Source of the DNA: a virus
Length of the DNA stretch: 64,000 nucleotides
Virus record (IMG/VR): IMGVR_UViG_3300037461_001787
Span: 1-64,000 of that record
Strand: one strand, 5' to 3'
Shown in pieces: positions 39,401 through 48,505 of the stretch (within the stretch, counting starts at the first letter, position 1; each line of letters opens with the position of its first letter). The notes under the pieces are model-generated. The model worked only from the letters and a program-made list of their open reading frames with translations, made no database searches and was not told where the DNA came from. The translations under genes and the position numbers were made by a program.

Positions 39401-39736
39401 ATGCGCACTGATTTGGCCTACGAGGTACACTGTGTTTCCGATCCTGCGTCAGCCATTGGGCGTATCGGAACGATCATCCCGCGGCCAGGTGGAATCTTGC
39501 TCGCGACGGATGGTCATTCGCAATTTCTGGAAATAGACGACCCGGATGATCAGCTCATCGATGACGAATCGACGGGATACGTGGAAATCACCACAGCCAA
39601 GGGCCGTTATTTTCTGAATGCCATTGATCGTGACGCGGGCGAGGAACTTTCCCCTTTTTTCCAGAACGCTCCGGCCGAGTTTGACAGCGATGAGGCGGCC
39701 CAGGCTTTTTACCAAAAATTATTGGCGCAATTATGA
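39401..39736 (+). CDS. hypothetical acidic protein (possible partner or immunity protein)
   Basis: Starts 2 nt after the giant ORF; D/E-rich. Confidence 0.65.
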   Translation: MRTDLAYEVHCVSDPASAIGRIGTIIPRPGGILLATDGHSQFLEIDDPDDQLIDDESTGYVEITTAKGRYFLNAIDRDAGEELSPFFQNAPAEFDSDEAAQAFYQKLLAQL

Positions 39737-39942
39737 GATGCCCGCACTGTGACAATCACCTGCTCCAGAAATCTGGAAGTCGGGTGCGGGTGCGGACACA
39801 AGGGCCCATTGAGTTTGAGGGGGCGCATTGTCGGGCAAAATGCTATTGGTGTGGTTCGGCGGTGGACTTGCCGCTCAAAATCCAAGAGGGTGCTCCTATC
39901 GCCCGAGAGCAGTTTCTTCTATCTTCACGGAAAAGAGATTGA
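39733..39942 (+). CDS. small Zn-ribbon protein (Mu Com-like)
   Basis: MRCPHCD.HLL...KCYWCG pattern. Confidence 0.6.
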   Translation: MRCPHCDNHLLQKSGSRVRVRTQGPIEFEGAHCRAKCYWCGSAVDLPLKIQEGAPIAREQFLLSSRKRD

Positions 39943-39966
39943 CAGAATTCTGGAATCGGATACGTT
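39939..39966 (+). promoter_or_regulatory. possible sigma70-like promoter for the head genes
   Basis: TTGACA-16nt-TACGTT; the spacer contains TTCTGGAA. Confidence 0.45.
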
Positions 39967-40069
39967 GAAATCAATCAGAGAAGCGCGGCGATAGGCCCGT
40001 TAAGGTTACTACCGGTCGGGGCGGACGCTTTGCAGTACGAGCGGTCCGCCCTTACTTTTAGGAGCAAAG

Positions 40070-40900
40070 ATGGAGTCATTCGCTTTCGATGTGCCGGTAG
40101 ATTTTTTCGAAAAGGCCGATGCCGAGCCGGGTAAAGAGCGACGTATTGGCGGCATCGCGACCATCGAGACCAAAGACCGTCAGGGGGAAGTGATTCTCGC
40201 CCGCGGCGTGGATTTCAGTGATTTTGTCCAAAATGGTTGGTTCAACGACAACCATTCGAAGCGCACCACCGACATTCTCGGTTACCCCGAGCGGGCCCGG
40301 TTTTTTCGCAAAGGGGAAGAGCTGCCCAGTGGAGAGAAAGCTCAGGCTGCGGGGCATTGGGTAGAGGGTTATTTGCTTGCGACCCCCGAAGCCGATCGAG
40401 TCTGGGAATTGGGCAAGGCGCTTGCACAAACCAAGCGGCGGCTGGGGTTTTCGGTGGAAGGGAAGATTGAGAAGCGTGTTGGCCCAGCGCAAAAGACCAT
40501 TGCCAAGGCGTTGGTGAGGAATATTGCCATTACCAATTGTCCTGTTAATGCTGGGGCTCGGATGGAAATTCTGGCCAAGAGCCTCTACCACCTCGGGCTG
40601 GACGCGCCGGTGGAAAAGTCACTCGGCATGGGCGTTGTTTCTGGGAATCCTCCGGTTCCGCCGGCGATGATGGGCCCGCAGAGCGGCATGGGCGCCGGAC
40701 GGGTGCTTGCTGGCCAAAGCCTGGAACACGATGAGATCGATACTGTCTCTGACGAGGACGAGAAAAAGAAAAAACGGCGCATCAAGAAGTCACTGACCGA
40801 TAGCGAGGCGTATGCGTGGCTGCGCGCCCGGCTGCCCCACGCCAAACCGGAACAAATCGGGCGCATCATCACGCTGACCCGCGAGCGCAAGCGGCGGTAA
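40070..40900 (+). CDS. prohead (capsid maturation) protease
   Basis: DRQGEVI, FNDNH (His), LGFSVEG (Ser), IAIT..PVN motifs; located upstream of scaffold and capsid. Confidence 0.9.
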   Translation: MESFAFDVPVDFFEKADAEPGKERRIGGIATIETKDRQGEVILARGVDFSDFVQNGWFNDNHSKRTTDILGYPERARFFRKGEELPSGEKAQAAGHWVEGYLLATPEADRVWELGKALAQTKRRLGFSVEGKIEKRVGPAQKTIAKALVRNIAITNCPVNAGARMEILAKSLYHLGLDAPVEKSLGMGVVSGNPPVPPAMMGPQSGMGAGRVLAGQSLEHDEIDTVSDEDEKKKKRRIKKSLTDSEAYAWLRARLPHAKPEQIGRIITLTRERKRR

Positions 40901-40921
40901 GCATATGCGAAGGAGATAGGT

Positions 40922-41806
40922 ATGGCAGACAAGTTGAAGAAAGCGCAAGACGAGGAAGAGGAAGGTGGGGGGATGGACAACCCCGATGAGCAGATGGCCG
41001 CTGAGGAAGATTCGGAGAAGGGTTGTGGCGCGAAGAAAAGCGCTTGCGGCACAGCCGAGAAGGGTTGTGGCACAGCCGAGAAGGGCTGCAAAAAGTCGGA
41101 TGAGCTGACAGAGGATGATCTGCAGAAGTCCCTTGATCAGCTCTCGGCATTGACGGAAGACAAGACCATCTCCCGCAAGCAGCAATTGCTTACCAAGGCT
41201 CAGGGGAGCGAGCTGAGCAAGAGCGAGCAAAACGAGCTGTTTGAGTTGCTTGGCAAGAGCGAGCAGACCAAGCAGTCGCTCAGCGGTGAAGTCACAAAGG
41301 GCTTGGGCAATAATGACACCTTGCAAAAGGCACTTGATGTTTCCGATTTTCTGCAAGAGCAGCACTCCGAGCTGATCAAATCACTCGGAGTGCTGGCTGA
41401 GGCACTGGAGAAGAGCGATTCGCGGCAGCATGAGTTCAATCTGGTGCTCGCCCGCGCGGTCTCGGGCATTGGCCAGTTGACGAAGAGCCTGGGTGAGCGA
41501 GTCGGCGTCATCGAGGCGCAACCGGCACGCGGTCCCAAGAGTCGCGGAGTTGCTGGCGCCCAGCCGCTGGAGAAGAGTTTTGTCGGCGCCAATGCTCAGG
41601 GAACGCAGCTGAGCAAGGCCGCGGTGCTCGATGAGCTGGAAAACATGGTCCAGGAGTCGATGCAGAAATCCCTCGGTGGGATGACCGAAGATGGTTTCGA
41701 TTTGGTCACCGCCAGCTCAAAGTACGAGCAATTCAACCTCATCAGCCAAGGCCTGCTCGACCAGGTGCAGAAGCGCATCCAGGAGCGAAAGGTCGCTGCC
41801 CGCTGA
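40922..41806 (+). CDS. scaffolding protein
   Basis: Acidic and helical; between protease and capsid; 13 [LVM]-x-K-[SAG] sites. Confidence 0.8.
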   Translation: MADKLKKAQDEEEEGGGMDNPDEQMAAEEDSEKGCGAKKSACGTAEKGCGTAEKGCKKSDELTEDDLQKSLDQLSALTEDKTISRKQQLLTKAQGSELSKSEQNELFELLGKSEQTKQSLSGEVTKGLGNNDTLQKALDVSDFLQEQHSELIKSLGVLAEALEKSDSRQHEFNLVLARAVSGIGQLTKSLGERVGVIEAQPARGPKSRGVAGAQPLEKSFVGANAQGTQLSKAAVLDELENMVQESMQKSLGGMTEDGFDLVTASSKYEQFNLISQGLLDQVQKRIQERKVAAR

Positions 41807-41863
41807 GCATCCGGGCCAGCAAACTTTAGGTAATTTTGCCCAAGCGGGCAGGAGGAAAAATTC

Positions 41864-43294
41864 ATGTTCGGATTGAACCAGGTGAGCTGGAAAGACTATG
41901 AGGGCGTCGAAGGTTTTGGCGCCGCTACCCAGCAGGATGTGGACGAGTTGAACAAAGCGCTGACCGCCGGTCAGGCCATCCAGGGCCCGGGAGGCACTGC
42001 GGGGGATGGCTTCGCGCTGCGCGTCGAATCGCTGGAACGGACCCTGAAAAACACCACGTACAAGATGGAGCACATTCGGTTCTGGAAGGCCTTGCCCAAG
42101 TTGCCAGCTTACAACACGGTCGAAGAGCACAATGAGATGAGCCAGTACGGGGCGAACCCGGATGCGGGATTCATCTCGGAAGGCGATCTGCCCGAAGAGG
42201 ACGATTCGATCTACACCCGTAAGTACGCAGTGGTGAAGTACCTCGGCACCACGCGGAAGGTCACCCACGTCATGTCGCTGATCAAGCCTGCCCACGGCAA
42301 CGTGGTCGCGCAAGAGACGGTCAACGGAACCATGCACCTGCTGCGCGTGATGGAGCGGGCCCTGTTCTACGGAGACAGCAGCTTGTCCGCTCTCCAGTTC
42401 GACGGCTTCGAGAAGTTGATGAAGGATTTGTGCCCGACAACCAACGTCATCGATCTGCGTGGTTTGCCGTTGAGTGAGGACGTGCTCACCGATTCAGCGC
42501 TGACCATTCAGGACGCGCCCAACTACGGCACGCCCACCCATCTGTATCTCAATCCCAAGGTCAAGACGGATCTGGTCAAGACTTTCTTCCCCAAAGAACG
42601 CCACGACACGTTCCAGAAACAGGGTGGATTCGTCGGTCTCGACATCAAGGGCTTCACGTCCCCTGCGGGTGACGTGCTCTTCGAACCCGATGTGTTCATC
42701 ACCGATGGTGGCGGCGCGAATGCCAATGCGGTTGGCGATGCGTCAAAGCGTCCGGGTTCGCCGTCTTTCACGACCAATCCGACCACGCCGGCTGAGACCA
42801 CCGGGAAGTTCACGGCGGACGATGCCGGTGACTATCGCTATGCGGTGGTCGCGGTGAATCGCTACGGGCGTTCGGCTGCGGTGGCTTACGGTTCCGCAGT
42901 GACCGCTCACACGGGAGATAAGGTCACTTTTGGTCTGACCCCTTCGAGCGCGACAACGGGCTGGTACGAGATCTATCGGACGCCGAAGAACGGCGCGATC
43001 GGCACAGCACGCCTTATCATGCGCGTTCCCAATGCGGCAGGCGCGGGTGAGACCACCATCAACGATCTCAACTGGAACCTGCCGGGCTGCACAAGCGCGT
43101 TCTTGTTCCAGCTCAATCTGGAGAGCATGAGCTTCAAACAGCTCGCTCCCATGGTCAAAATTCCGTTGGCGACCATCGACAGCTCGATTCGCTGGATGCA
43201 GCTGCTCTATGGCGTGCCTGTGCTCTACACCCCGGGCAAGAACGTCCTGATCCGCAATATCGGAAGAGCCGCAGGATACGTGGGCGCTCCGTAA
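41864..43294 (+). CDS. major capsid protein
   Basis: K|ALTAG...ALRVESLE, E.D..Y.RK...VKYL, E.ALFYGD.SL..LQFDG motifs resembling SPO1/Twort/K-like capsids. Confidence 0.93.
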   Translation: MFGLNQVSWKDYEGVEGFGAATQQDVDELNKALTAGQAIQGPGGTAGDGFALRVESLERTLKNTTYKMEHIRFWKALPKLPAYNTVEEHNEMSQYGANPDAGFISEGDLPEEDDSIYTRKYAVVKYLGTTRKVTHVMSLIKPAHGNVVAQETVNGTMHLLRVMERALFYGDSSLSALQFDGFEKLMKDLCPTTNVIDLRGLPLSEDVLTDSALTIQDAPNYGTPTHLYLNPKVKTDLVKTFFPKERHDTFQKQGGFVGLDIKGFTSPAGDVLFEPDVFITDGGGANANAVGDASKRPGSPSFTTNPTTPAETTGKFTADDAGDYRYAVVAVNRYGRSAAVAYGSAVTAHTGDKVTFGLTPSSATTGWYEIYRTPKNGAIGTARLIMRVPNAAGAGETTINDLNWNLPGCTSAFLFQLNLESMSFKQLAPMVKIPLATIDSSIRWMQLLYGVPVLYTPGKNVLIRNIGRAAGYVGAP

Positions 43295-43321
43295 GGTTTG
43301 AAGCGGCCGAGTATTGATCTG

Positions 43322-43380
43322 CTGGAAGGGGTACCGGGTTTTGCGGAAATGCTGCTTTTCCTGGTCCCCTTTCCAGATTT
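43322..43380 (+). terminator. stem-loop after the capsid gene
   Basis: CTGGAAGGGG-T-ACCGGG pairs imperfectly with CCTGGT-CCCC-T-TTCCAG. Confidence 0.45.
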
Positions 43381-43398
43381 CCAGAAAGTGAGAAAAGC

Positions 43399-44013
43399 AT
43401 GGAAAATACAATTTCCGATGCGGTGAAAAACCGCATTCCCTCGGTCGAAGAAGAAGAATTTATCCACCAGGCAATGACTGGCGCGCTTTCCGTGTTCATG
43501 GGCACCCCAGTGGTGGCGGATACAGATCGGATTGTCACCACGGTGCTGTTCGCCAATGGCACTTTGAGCATCGCCGCTCAGCCCGATTGCCCCCGCAATG
43601 TCACTGCGACGTTGACCGATGCAGATGACAGCGTGGTGGGTACTCTGACGATCACGGGCAAGGATCCGATGGGGCGCACCATCGTGGAAGTGATGAGCCC
43701 TGATGGCGAGGGCGCCGGCAAGACACTGACGGGCACCAAAATATTCGCCAAGATCGATTCAGTGATGATCAGCGGCGCATCTGGCGGCGAAGCGGATGTG
43801 GACATGCTGGTAGTTGGCGTGGGTACCGTCATCGGGCTGCCGGTCGATCTGCCTGCAGATGATGGCGTGCGCCATGTGTTTCTTGGTGGCGCCAGGCAAG
43901 CGACCCCTACGGTGGCTATTGGCATCTCGACCAGCGGCATCGATGCGTCGGCTGGGACGTACAATGGCGCGAAGGTGCTGCATGCTTTCGTCCAGCCGAT
44001 TGCGCGGGTCTGA
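43399..44013 (+). CDS. virion structural protein (capsid decoration-like)
   Basis: Immediately after the capsid gene; T/A/G-rich beta composition; PRNVT motif. Confidence 0.7.
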   Translation: MENTISDAVKNRIPSVEEEEFIHQAMTGALSVFMGTPVVADTDRIVTTVLFANGTLSIAAQPDCPRNVTATLTDADDSVVGTLTITGKDPMGRTIVEVMSPDGEGAGKTLTGTKIFAKIDSVMISGASGGEADVDMLVVGVGTVIGLPVDLPADDGVRHVFLGGARQATPTVAIGISTSGIDASAGTYNGAKVLHAFVQPIARV

Positions 44014-44035
44014 TTCCAGAAAAGGAGAGCGAGCG

Positions 44036-44335
44036 ATGAAGTTGCAAAATATACTCCCGCACATGGCCAACAGCTCGGTGCTGGTCAACGGGCGCACGTA
44101 TGAGATTGATGGGCACGGCGTGATCTTGGGCGATGTGGTGCTGGAAGATGCCCAAAAGTTGCTTGTCAATCGTGCTGCGTGGCGGGTGGTAGTCGAGCGT
44201 CAAGCGGTGGCTGAACCGATAGCGGTACCGCCGGCGCCTGGCCCAGACCCCGTGCTGGAAGGGAAGGAGCCAGCTGAGCCTCTGCCGGTTCCAGAAATCA
44301 AACCCGCGGGAGGATTGCTACGTAGAAAAAAGTAG
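44036..44335 (+). CDS. hypothetical protein
   Basis: AAAGGAG RBS. Confidence 0.65.
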   Translation: MKLQNILPHMANSSVLVNGRTYEIDGHGVILGDVVLEDAQKLLVNRAAWRVVVERQAVAEPIAVPPAPGPDPVLEGKEPAEPLPVPEIKPAGGLLRRKK

Positions 44336-44382
44336 CGTTCCAGAAAAATCCAGAAAGCCCTTGAGGCTGCTAGGAGCATAGC

Positions 44383-44724
44383 ATGGCAACGAGTACCATT
44401 CCGAAAAACGCGCAAGAGTACATTCCCTACTTGAAGGATCAGGGAATCCCCAATGTGACCGGCGCCGCGGCAAAGGGCGTCTCGATTCAAGTGCATCAGG
44501 TAGCCATGCCGTCTGACGGCATCGTGGTTTTTGCGACCCACGGATTGATGGACATGGCTGATGGGTCCTACGTGGTTCTGATCCACAATCACACGACAGA
44601 GGCGAAACAAGGCAAATCTGCTTTGGCGGATCGCAAGGCCACTCAGCTCACCATCGTCGGTCCGGCAGAGGGAGAGATCTTGGACGTGGTGCTTGTCGGC
44701 AAGCTCAAGGGCCAAATCGCCTGA
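44383..44724 (+). CDS. hypothetical virion protein
   Basis: AGGAG RBS. Confidence 0.7.
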   Translation: MATSTIPKNAQEYIPYLKDQGIPNVTGAAAKGVSIQVHQVAMPSDGIVVFATHGLMDMADGSYVVLIHNHTTEAKQGKSALADRKATQLTIVGPAEGEILDVVLVGKLKGQIA

Positions 44725-44741
44725 GCTGAAAGGAGCCAGGC

Positions 44742-45053
44742 ATGAGTGTCCTGGAGACCAGAGGCGGGGCACCTCATGTGTTCCGTGAGACCATCGATAA
44801 CAGCACTGGTCGGGTGCACGCTTTTCCGTTTGTCTCGAAGTACCTGAAGGTGCGTGCGGCGACCAACCCGTGCAAACTCTATTTCTCCGAAGCTGACTGG
44901 ATTGCCGATGCCAATTACGTGGTCGTGCCGGTCGCTGGAACTTCTACTCCCAATGGGGAGTGGGAGGGTCCGGTGGAGGCCTCCGCGGTGTGGCTCAAAG
45001 GAAGTGGCGGAAGTAGCGCGATAGAGCTGGTGGCTTTCCAGCGCCGCGGATAG
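44742..45053 (+). CDS. hypothetical virion protein
   Basis: AAGGAG RBS. Confidence 0.7.
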   Translation: MSVLETRGGAPHVFRETIDNSTGRVHAFPFVSKYLKVRAATNPCKLYFSEADWIADANYVVVPVAGTSTPNGEWEGPVEASAVWLKGSGGSSAIELVAFQRRG

Positions 45054-45086
45054 ACTAGGGCCAAACCCGATTTCGGGAGGTGTCTA

Positions 45087-45683
45087 GTGGGTCCGCGCCA
45101 ATTGCTGCGTCTATACGAGACGCGAAAATCGGAATCCTTCAACGATCAAAAGACCCCCAACGAAATTCAGCTTGCTGAAAGTGCAGCGCAGACCCATCAA
45201 GACTTTCTGGAATACATGCTATCGCAGATCCGACAGATCATCGGGACTGCGAGATGGCATGATCCGGTTCCTATTTCGATTGCACAGCTCCTCGCTTCTC
45301 AGAACGCTTTCGCGGCCAATTGTTTGAGCGCGGACAGAGTGGGCGATTGCGTTTACTCAAGTGCGCCACCAGCGAGTGGCGTGGTGCAGGTGACGCGCTG
45401 CGACCCGTTCAACTACGCAACACTCCCGGCTATCGGGGTCATCGTTTCAAAATCGACATCGACCAATTGCGTGGTGCAATACGGGGGCATTCTCACTGGT
45501 GTCTATGGTGGATTGGAGCGGCCATTGCCTGTGTTTCTGGCTTCTGATGGCGGACTCACGCACGCGGTTCCAACCGCGGATGTTGGCCATCCGGTCTGGC
45601 TCCAGCACATGGGTTCCGCGGTGGGGGAGAGCGTGATCGCGTTGAACCCTTCTCCTGTGCTGACAAAGTTGGTTCGAGATTGA
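45087..45683 (+). CDS. virion protein with capsid-cement/DUF2190-like C-terminal domain
   Basis: VGDCVY, PAIGV, VFL..DG.LT motifs; GGGAGG RBS. Confidence 0.6.
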   Translation: MGPRQLLRLYETRKSESFNDQKTPNEIQLAESAAQTHQDFLEYMLSQIRQIIGTARWHDPVPISIAQLLASQNAFAANCLSADRVGDCVYSSAPPASGVVQVTRCDPFNYATLPAIGVIVSKSTSTNCVVQYGGILTGVYGGLERPLPVFLASDGGLTHAVPTADVGHPVWLQHMGSAVGESVIALNPSPVLTKLVRD

Positions 45684-45716
45684 CGTTTGGACAATAACCC
45701 CATGCGGAGGTGACAA

Positions 45717-46142
45717 ATGGACGATTTGCGGACTCCACTTCGCCGGCTGGAGCCAGAGGTATCTTTGGTCTTGGGCCAGGACCCCCTCGGGGCCAAAGAA
45801 AGCCCAAAAACCGCGGAGCAGGAAAAGGACAGCGGTTTTCGGGAGCGAATCGAAGACCCGGTAGGTGTGCTGCGATTGGCGCTTTTGCAGGAGCGGATGC
45901 TGCGCATTCAGGCGGAGAAGCAAACCCGGCCAGCTTGGTATGAGGCACGAATTGCGCAGGCAATTCGCCAATTGAATGAGGAGCGCAATCGAAAAATGGC
46001 GGAGCTGCAGCAGGAAGAGGCAGAATCTACTGCCGAAATGAAAATGATGCGTGAATTTCTAGCAGAAAAGCATGGGATTGACCTATCCTCGTACTCATAT
46101 GACGACGCTACCGGGACTCTGCTTTTGCTTCCGCAGGACTAG
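45717..46142 (+). CDS. hypothetical coiled-coil protein
   Basis: GGAGG RBS. Confidence 0.65.
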   Translation: MDDLRTPLRRLEPEVSLVLGQDPLGAKESPKTAEQEKDSGFRERIEDPVGVLRLALLQERMLRIQAEKQTRPAWYEARIAQAIRQLNEERNRKMAELQQEEAESTAEMKMMREFLAEKHGIDLSSYSYDDATGTLLLLPQD

Positions 46143-46254
46143 GCATTTTCCATTTTCTGGAACCTGGGCAGCGCGTATTTACCTTTGAATTAAAAGAGTT
46201 TTGATATTGCTGAATGCTGCGCGCGCATCTCAACCCTTTGCAAAGGAGATTTGA

Positions 46255-47862
46255 ATGGCAATCAAGAAATTCCTTTTCATGGACGGCACTTACGGTTACC
46301 AACATGAGCAAGAATCGACGGACGGCCTCAAGCTCCCCAGTCTGGTTCTGGGCGCGGGTTCCGAATCCGCTGGCAATATCCAGATGTCGGGTACGGGAAA
46401 GGTAATTGGTCTGGCCAACGGTACCGATGCGGCCGATGCAATCAACAAGAGCCAGCTGGATGCGGCGATAGCGGGCTATGAATGGCAGGCGCCAGTTTCG
46501 GTGCTGAAAATGAAGTCGGATGTCGCACGCACACCCACGGGAGCGATCATCGAAGGTTCGGGTGGAACTGGAATCGTCAATCTGACCACGGGCAATGCTT
46601 TCACCGTGGCCATCGACGGCGAAACCCCGGTGGTTGTCACTCTCGCCTCTGCTCCGGCTGATGTGGCAGCGGCAATCGCGGCCATCAATTCGCTCTATGC
46701 GGCGGGTGGCGGAACGGGTGGAACCATCGCGGTCGATGGCGGTGGCGGACAGATCGACATCAAGAGCAACACCACAGGCACGGGTTCGAGCGTGGCGCTC
46801 ACCTCGGTGCACGCCAACTGGGCTGAGGTCGGCATCACTGCTGGTACCGACGCTGGCACCAACGATTTGCCCACCGCGGGTGCTGCGGGCGAGGCGTGGG
46901 TCGTCAATGGCTGGGGCACTGGCTACAACAACGGCGACATCGTGGAGTGGGACGGGAGCACCTGGAATGTGGTGCTGTCCAATTCTGGTGGGGAGCCCCC
47001 CAATGCTACCCGTGTAGCGGTCATCAGCGCCAGTGCGGCTGGCTCGTTTGCGGCTCATGAGAATACCATCGGGACGTACAATGCGACGACCGACACTTGG
47101 TCTTTCTTGGCTGCGACGGACGGGGACGCGGTGCTGGTCTCGGGCGAGAACAGTGTTTACGAAAACATCGGTTTCGTATACGACACTGGCTCAAGTTGGG
47201 TGGCTTTTACGGGTCCAGCCAGCATTCCGGATGCGACTGGTGCCTCCGGTGGTGGGATCAAAGGCAAGGCGACCTTTGACACTGACAAAGGGCTTGCGGT
47301 TGCTTCGGGCGTGGTTTCGGCCAAGCTCGCTGCAGCGGGTTCGGGTACTGGCGGTTTGGAATTCAACGGCTCGGGTGCGATGCAGCTGGATCTGGATGCC
47401 AGTGGAGCGCTGGATCTGAGCGCCAGTGGGCTCGCCGTGAAGGTGGATGGCTCGACCATCACGATCAATGGTTCCAATCAGCTGACAGCCGCTGTGGCGG
47501 AGTCGGAGCGGACGGAAAAGGATTACGCTGTTGGTGAAGCCATTGCCAAGGGTGATCCGGTCTATTTCTCGGCGAATGACACTGTGTCCAAGGCCGATGC
47601 GGGCAATGAGACGAAAGCACGCACGGTCGGTATTGCGCGCATCGCCATCCCCAGCGGCAGCGGGCCCGTGTGCTTCTCGGGTTTGGTCACGGGTGTGCTC
47701 ACCACGGCTACGGTCAACACCCCTTACTACTTGGCTTCTGGCGGCGGCTTGACCGCCACTCGGCCGACGGGTAACGTCCGCATTATCCGCATTGGGTATG
47801 CGGCCAGCGCGTCCGATCTGTTGGTCCAGATTACCGACTTTGGCCGTGGTGTTGCTGCGTAA
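46255..47862 (+). CDS. fibre or decoration protein (Gly/Ala/Thr-rich)
   Basis: LANGT..DAINK.QL neck-like motif, EWDG.TW repeats, C-terminal GEAIAKGDPVY (DUF2190-like). Confidence 0.7.
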   Translation: MAIKKFLFMDGTYGYQHEQESTDGLKLPSLVLGAGSESAGNIQMSGTGKVIGLANGTDAADAINKSQLDAAIAGYEWQAPVSVLKMKSDVARTPTGAIIEGSGGTGIVNLTTGNAFTVAIDGETPVVVTLASAPADVAAAIAAINSLYAAGGGTGGTIAVDGGGGQIDIKSNTTGTGSSVALTSVHANWAEVGITAGTDAGTNDLPTAGAAGEAWVVNGWGTGYNNGDIVEWDGSTWNVVLSNSGGEPPNATRVAVISASAAGSFAAHENTIGTYNATTDTWSFLAATDGDAVLVSGENSVYENIGFVYDTGSSWVAFTGPASIPDATGASGGGIKGKATFDTDKGLAVASGVVSAKLAAAGSGTGGLEFNGSGAMQLDLDASGALDLSASGLAVKVDGSTITINGSNQLTAAVAESERTEKDYAVGEAIAKGDPVYFSANDTVSKADAGNETKARTVGIARIAIPSGSGPVCFSGLVTGVLTTATVNTPYYLASGGGLTATRPTGNVRIIRIGYAASASDLLVQITDFGRGVAA

Positions 47863-47944
47863 GGGAGTTGACACCCCGGGCATTGGTTTTGGTGTTCTTT
47901 TCCGCTTCCTTGTCCATCTCCAGATAATCGAGTAAGTTGAGGGC

Positions 47945-48505
47945 ATGGCGAAAGATCGTGTGCACCCGCTCAAGCTCGAAGACTCCCCTAGTGGTGGCGT
48001 GGAGCTGGATCCGTATCCCACTGGCTTGGATCCCAATGAGGATTATGTCGATGTGCACGGTATCACTTTCCAGGACGCGACTTCTAATGACGAGGACGTT
48101 TCGATTGAGCGCGATGATTCTGGAAATTTGGTTTTGACTGACAAGATTTCTGGAATCTGGAAACTCTCCGATTTGAGCGGCGGGGGGCTCACGGAGATAA
48201 CGCACCCAGCAGTTCGGCAGCTCATTCATTTCGTTGACAATGGTCCGGCAGAGGGCTTTGCGTCTGGAGCTTACCGCGAGATCACAGGGACGGTGTTTCC
48301 GACGGCGGTAATTTGGTATGACCAGGCTGGCGTGGGGAAGAAAAAGATTGTTGAGAAGCTGATCACCTGGACGGGCGCAACGCCGACAACCATTGTCTGG
48401 AAGGTTTACGATGCTGCGGAAGTTTTGATCGCAACGTTGACCGATACGATTACGTATTCAGGGATGTTCGAGACTTCGCGGGCTCGGACAATTACGGTGG
48501 CCTAG
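47945..48505 (+). CDS. hypothetical virion protein
   Basis: Lies in the structural module; GAGGG RBS. Confidence 0.7.
   Translation: MAKDRVHPLKLEDSPSGGVELDPYPTGLDPNEDYVDVHGITFQDATSNDEDVSIERDDSGNLVLTDKISGIWKLSDLSGGGLTEITHPAVRQLIHFVDNGPAEGFASGAYREITGTVFPTAVIWYDQAGVGKKKIVEKLITWTGATPTTIVWKVYDAAEVLIATLTDTITYSGMFETSRARTITVA

Noticed and set aside
47868-47900. TTGACA upstream of ORF 47945 as a promoter
   Set aside because: No acceptable -10 hexamer at 16-18 nt spacing.
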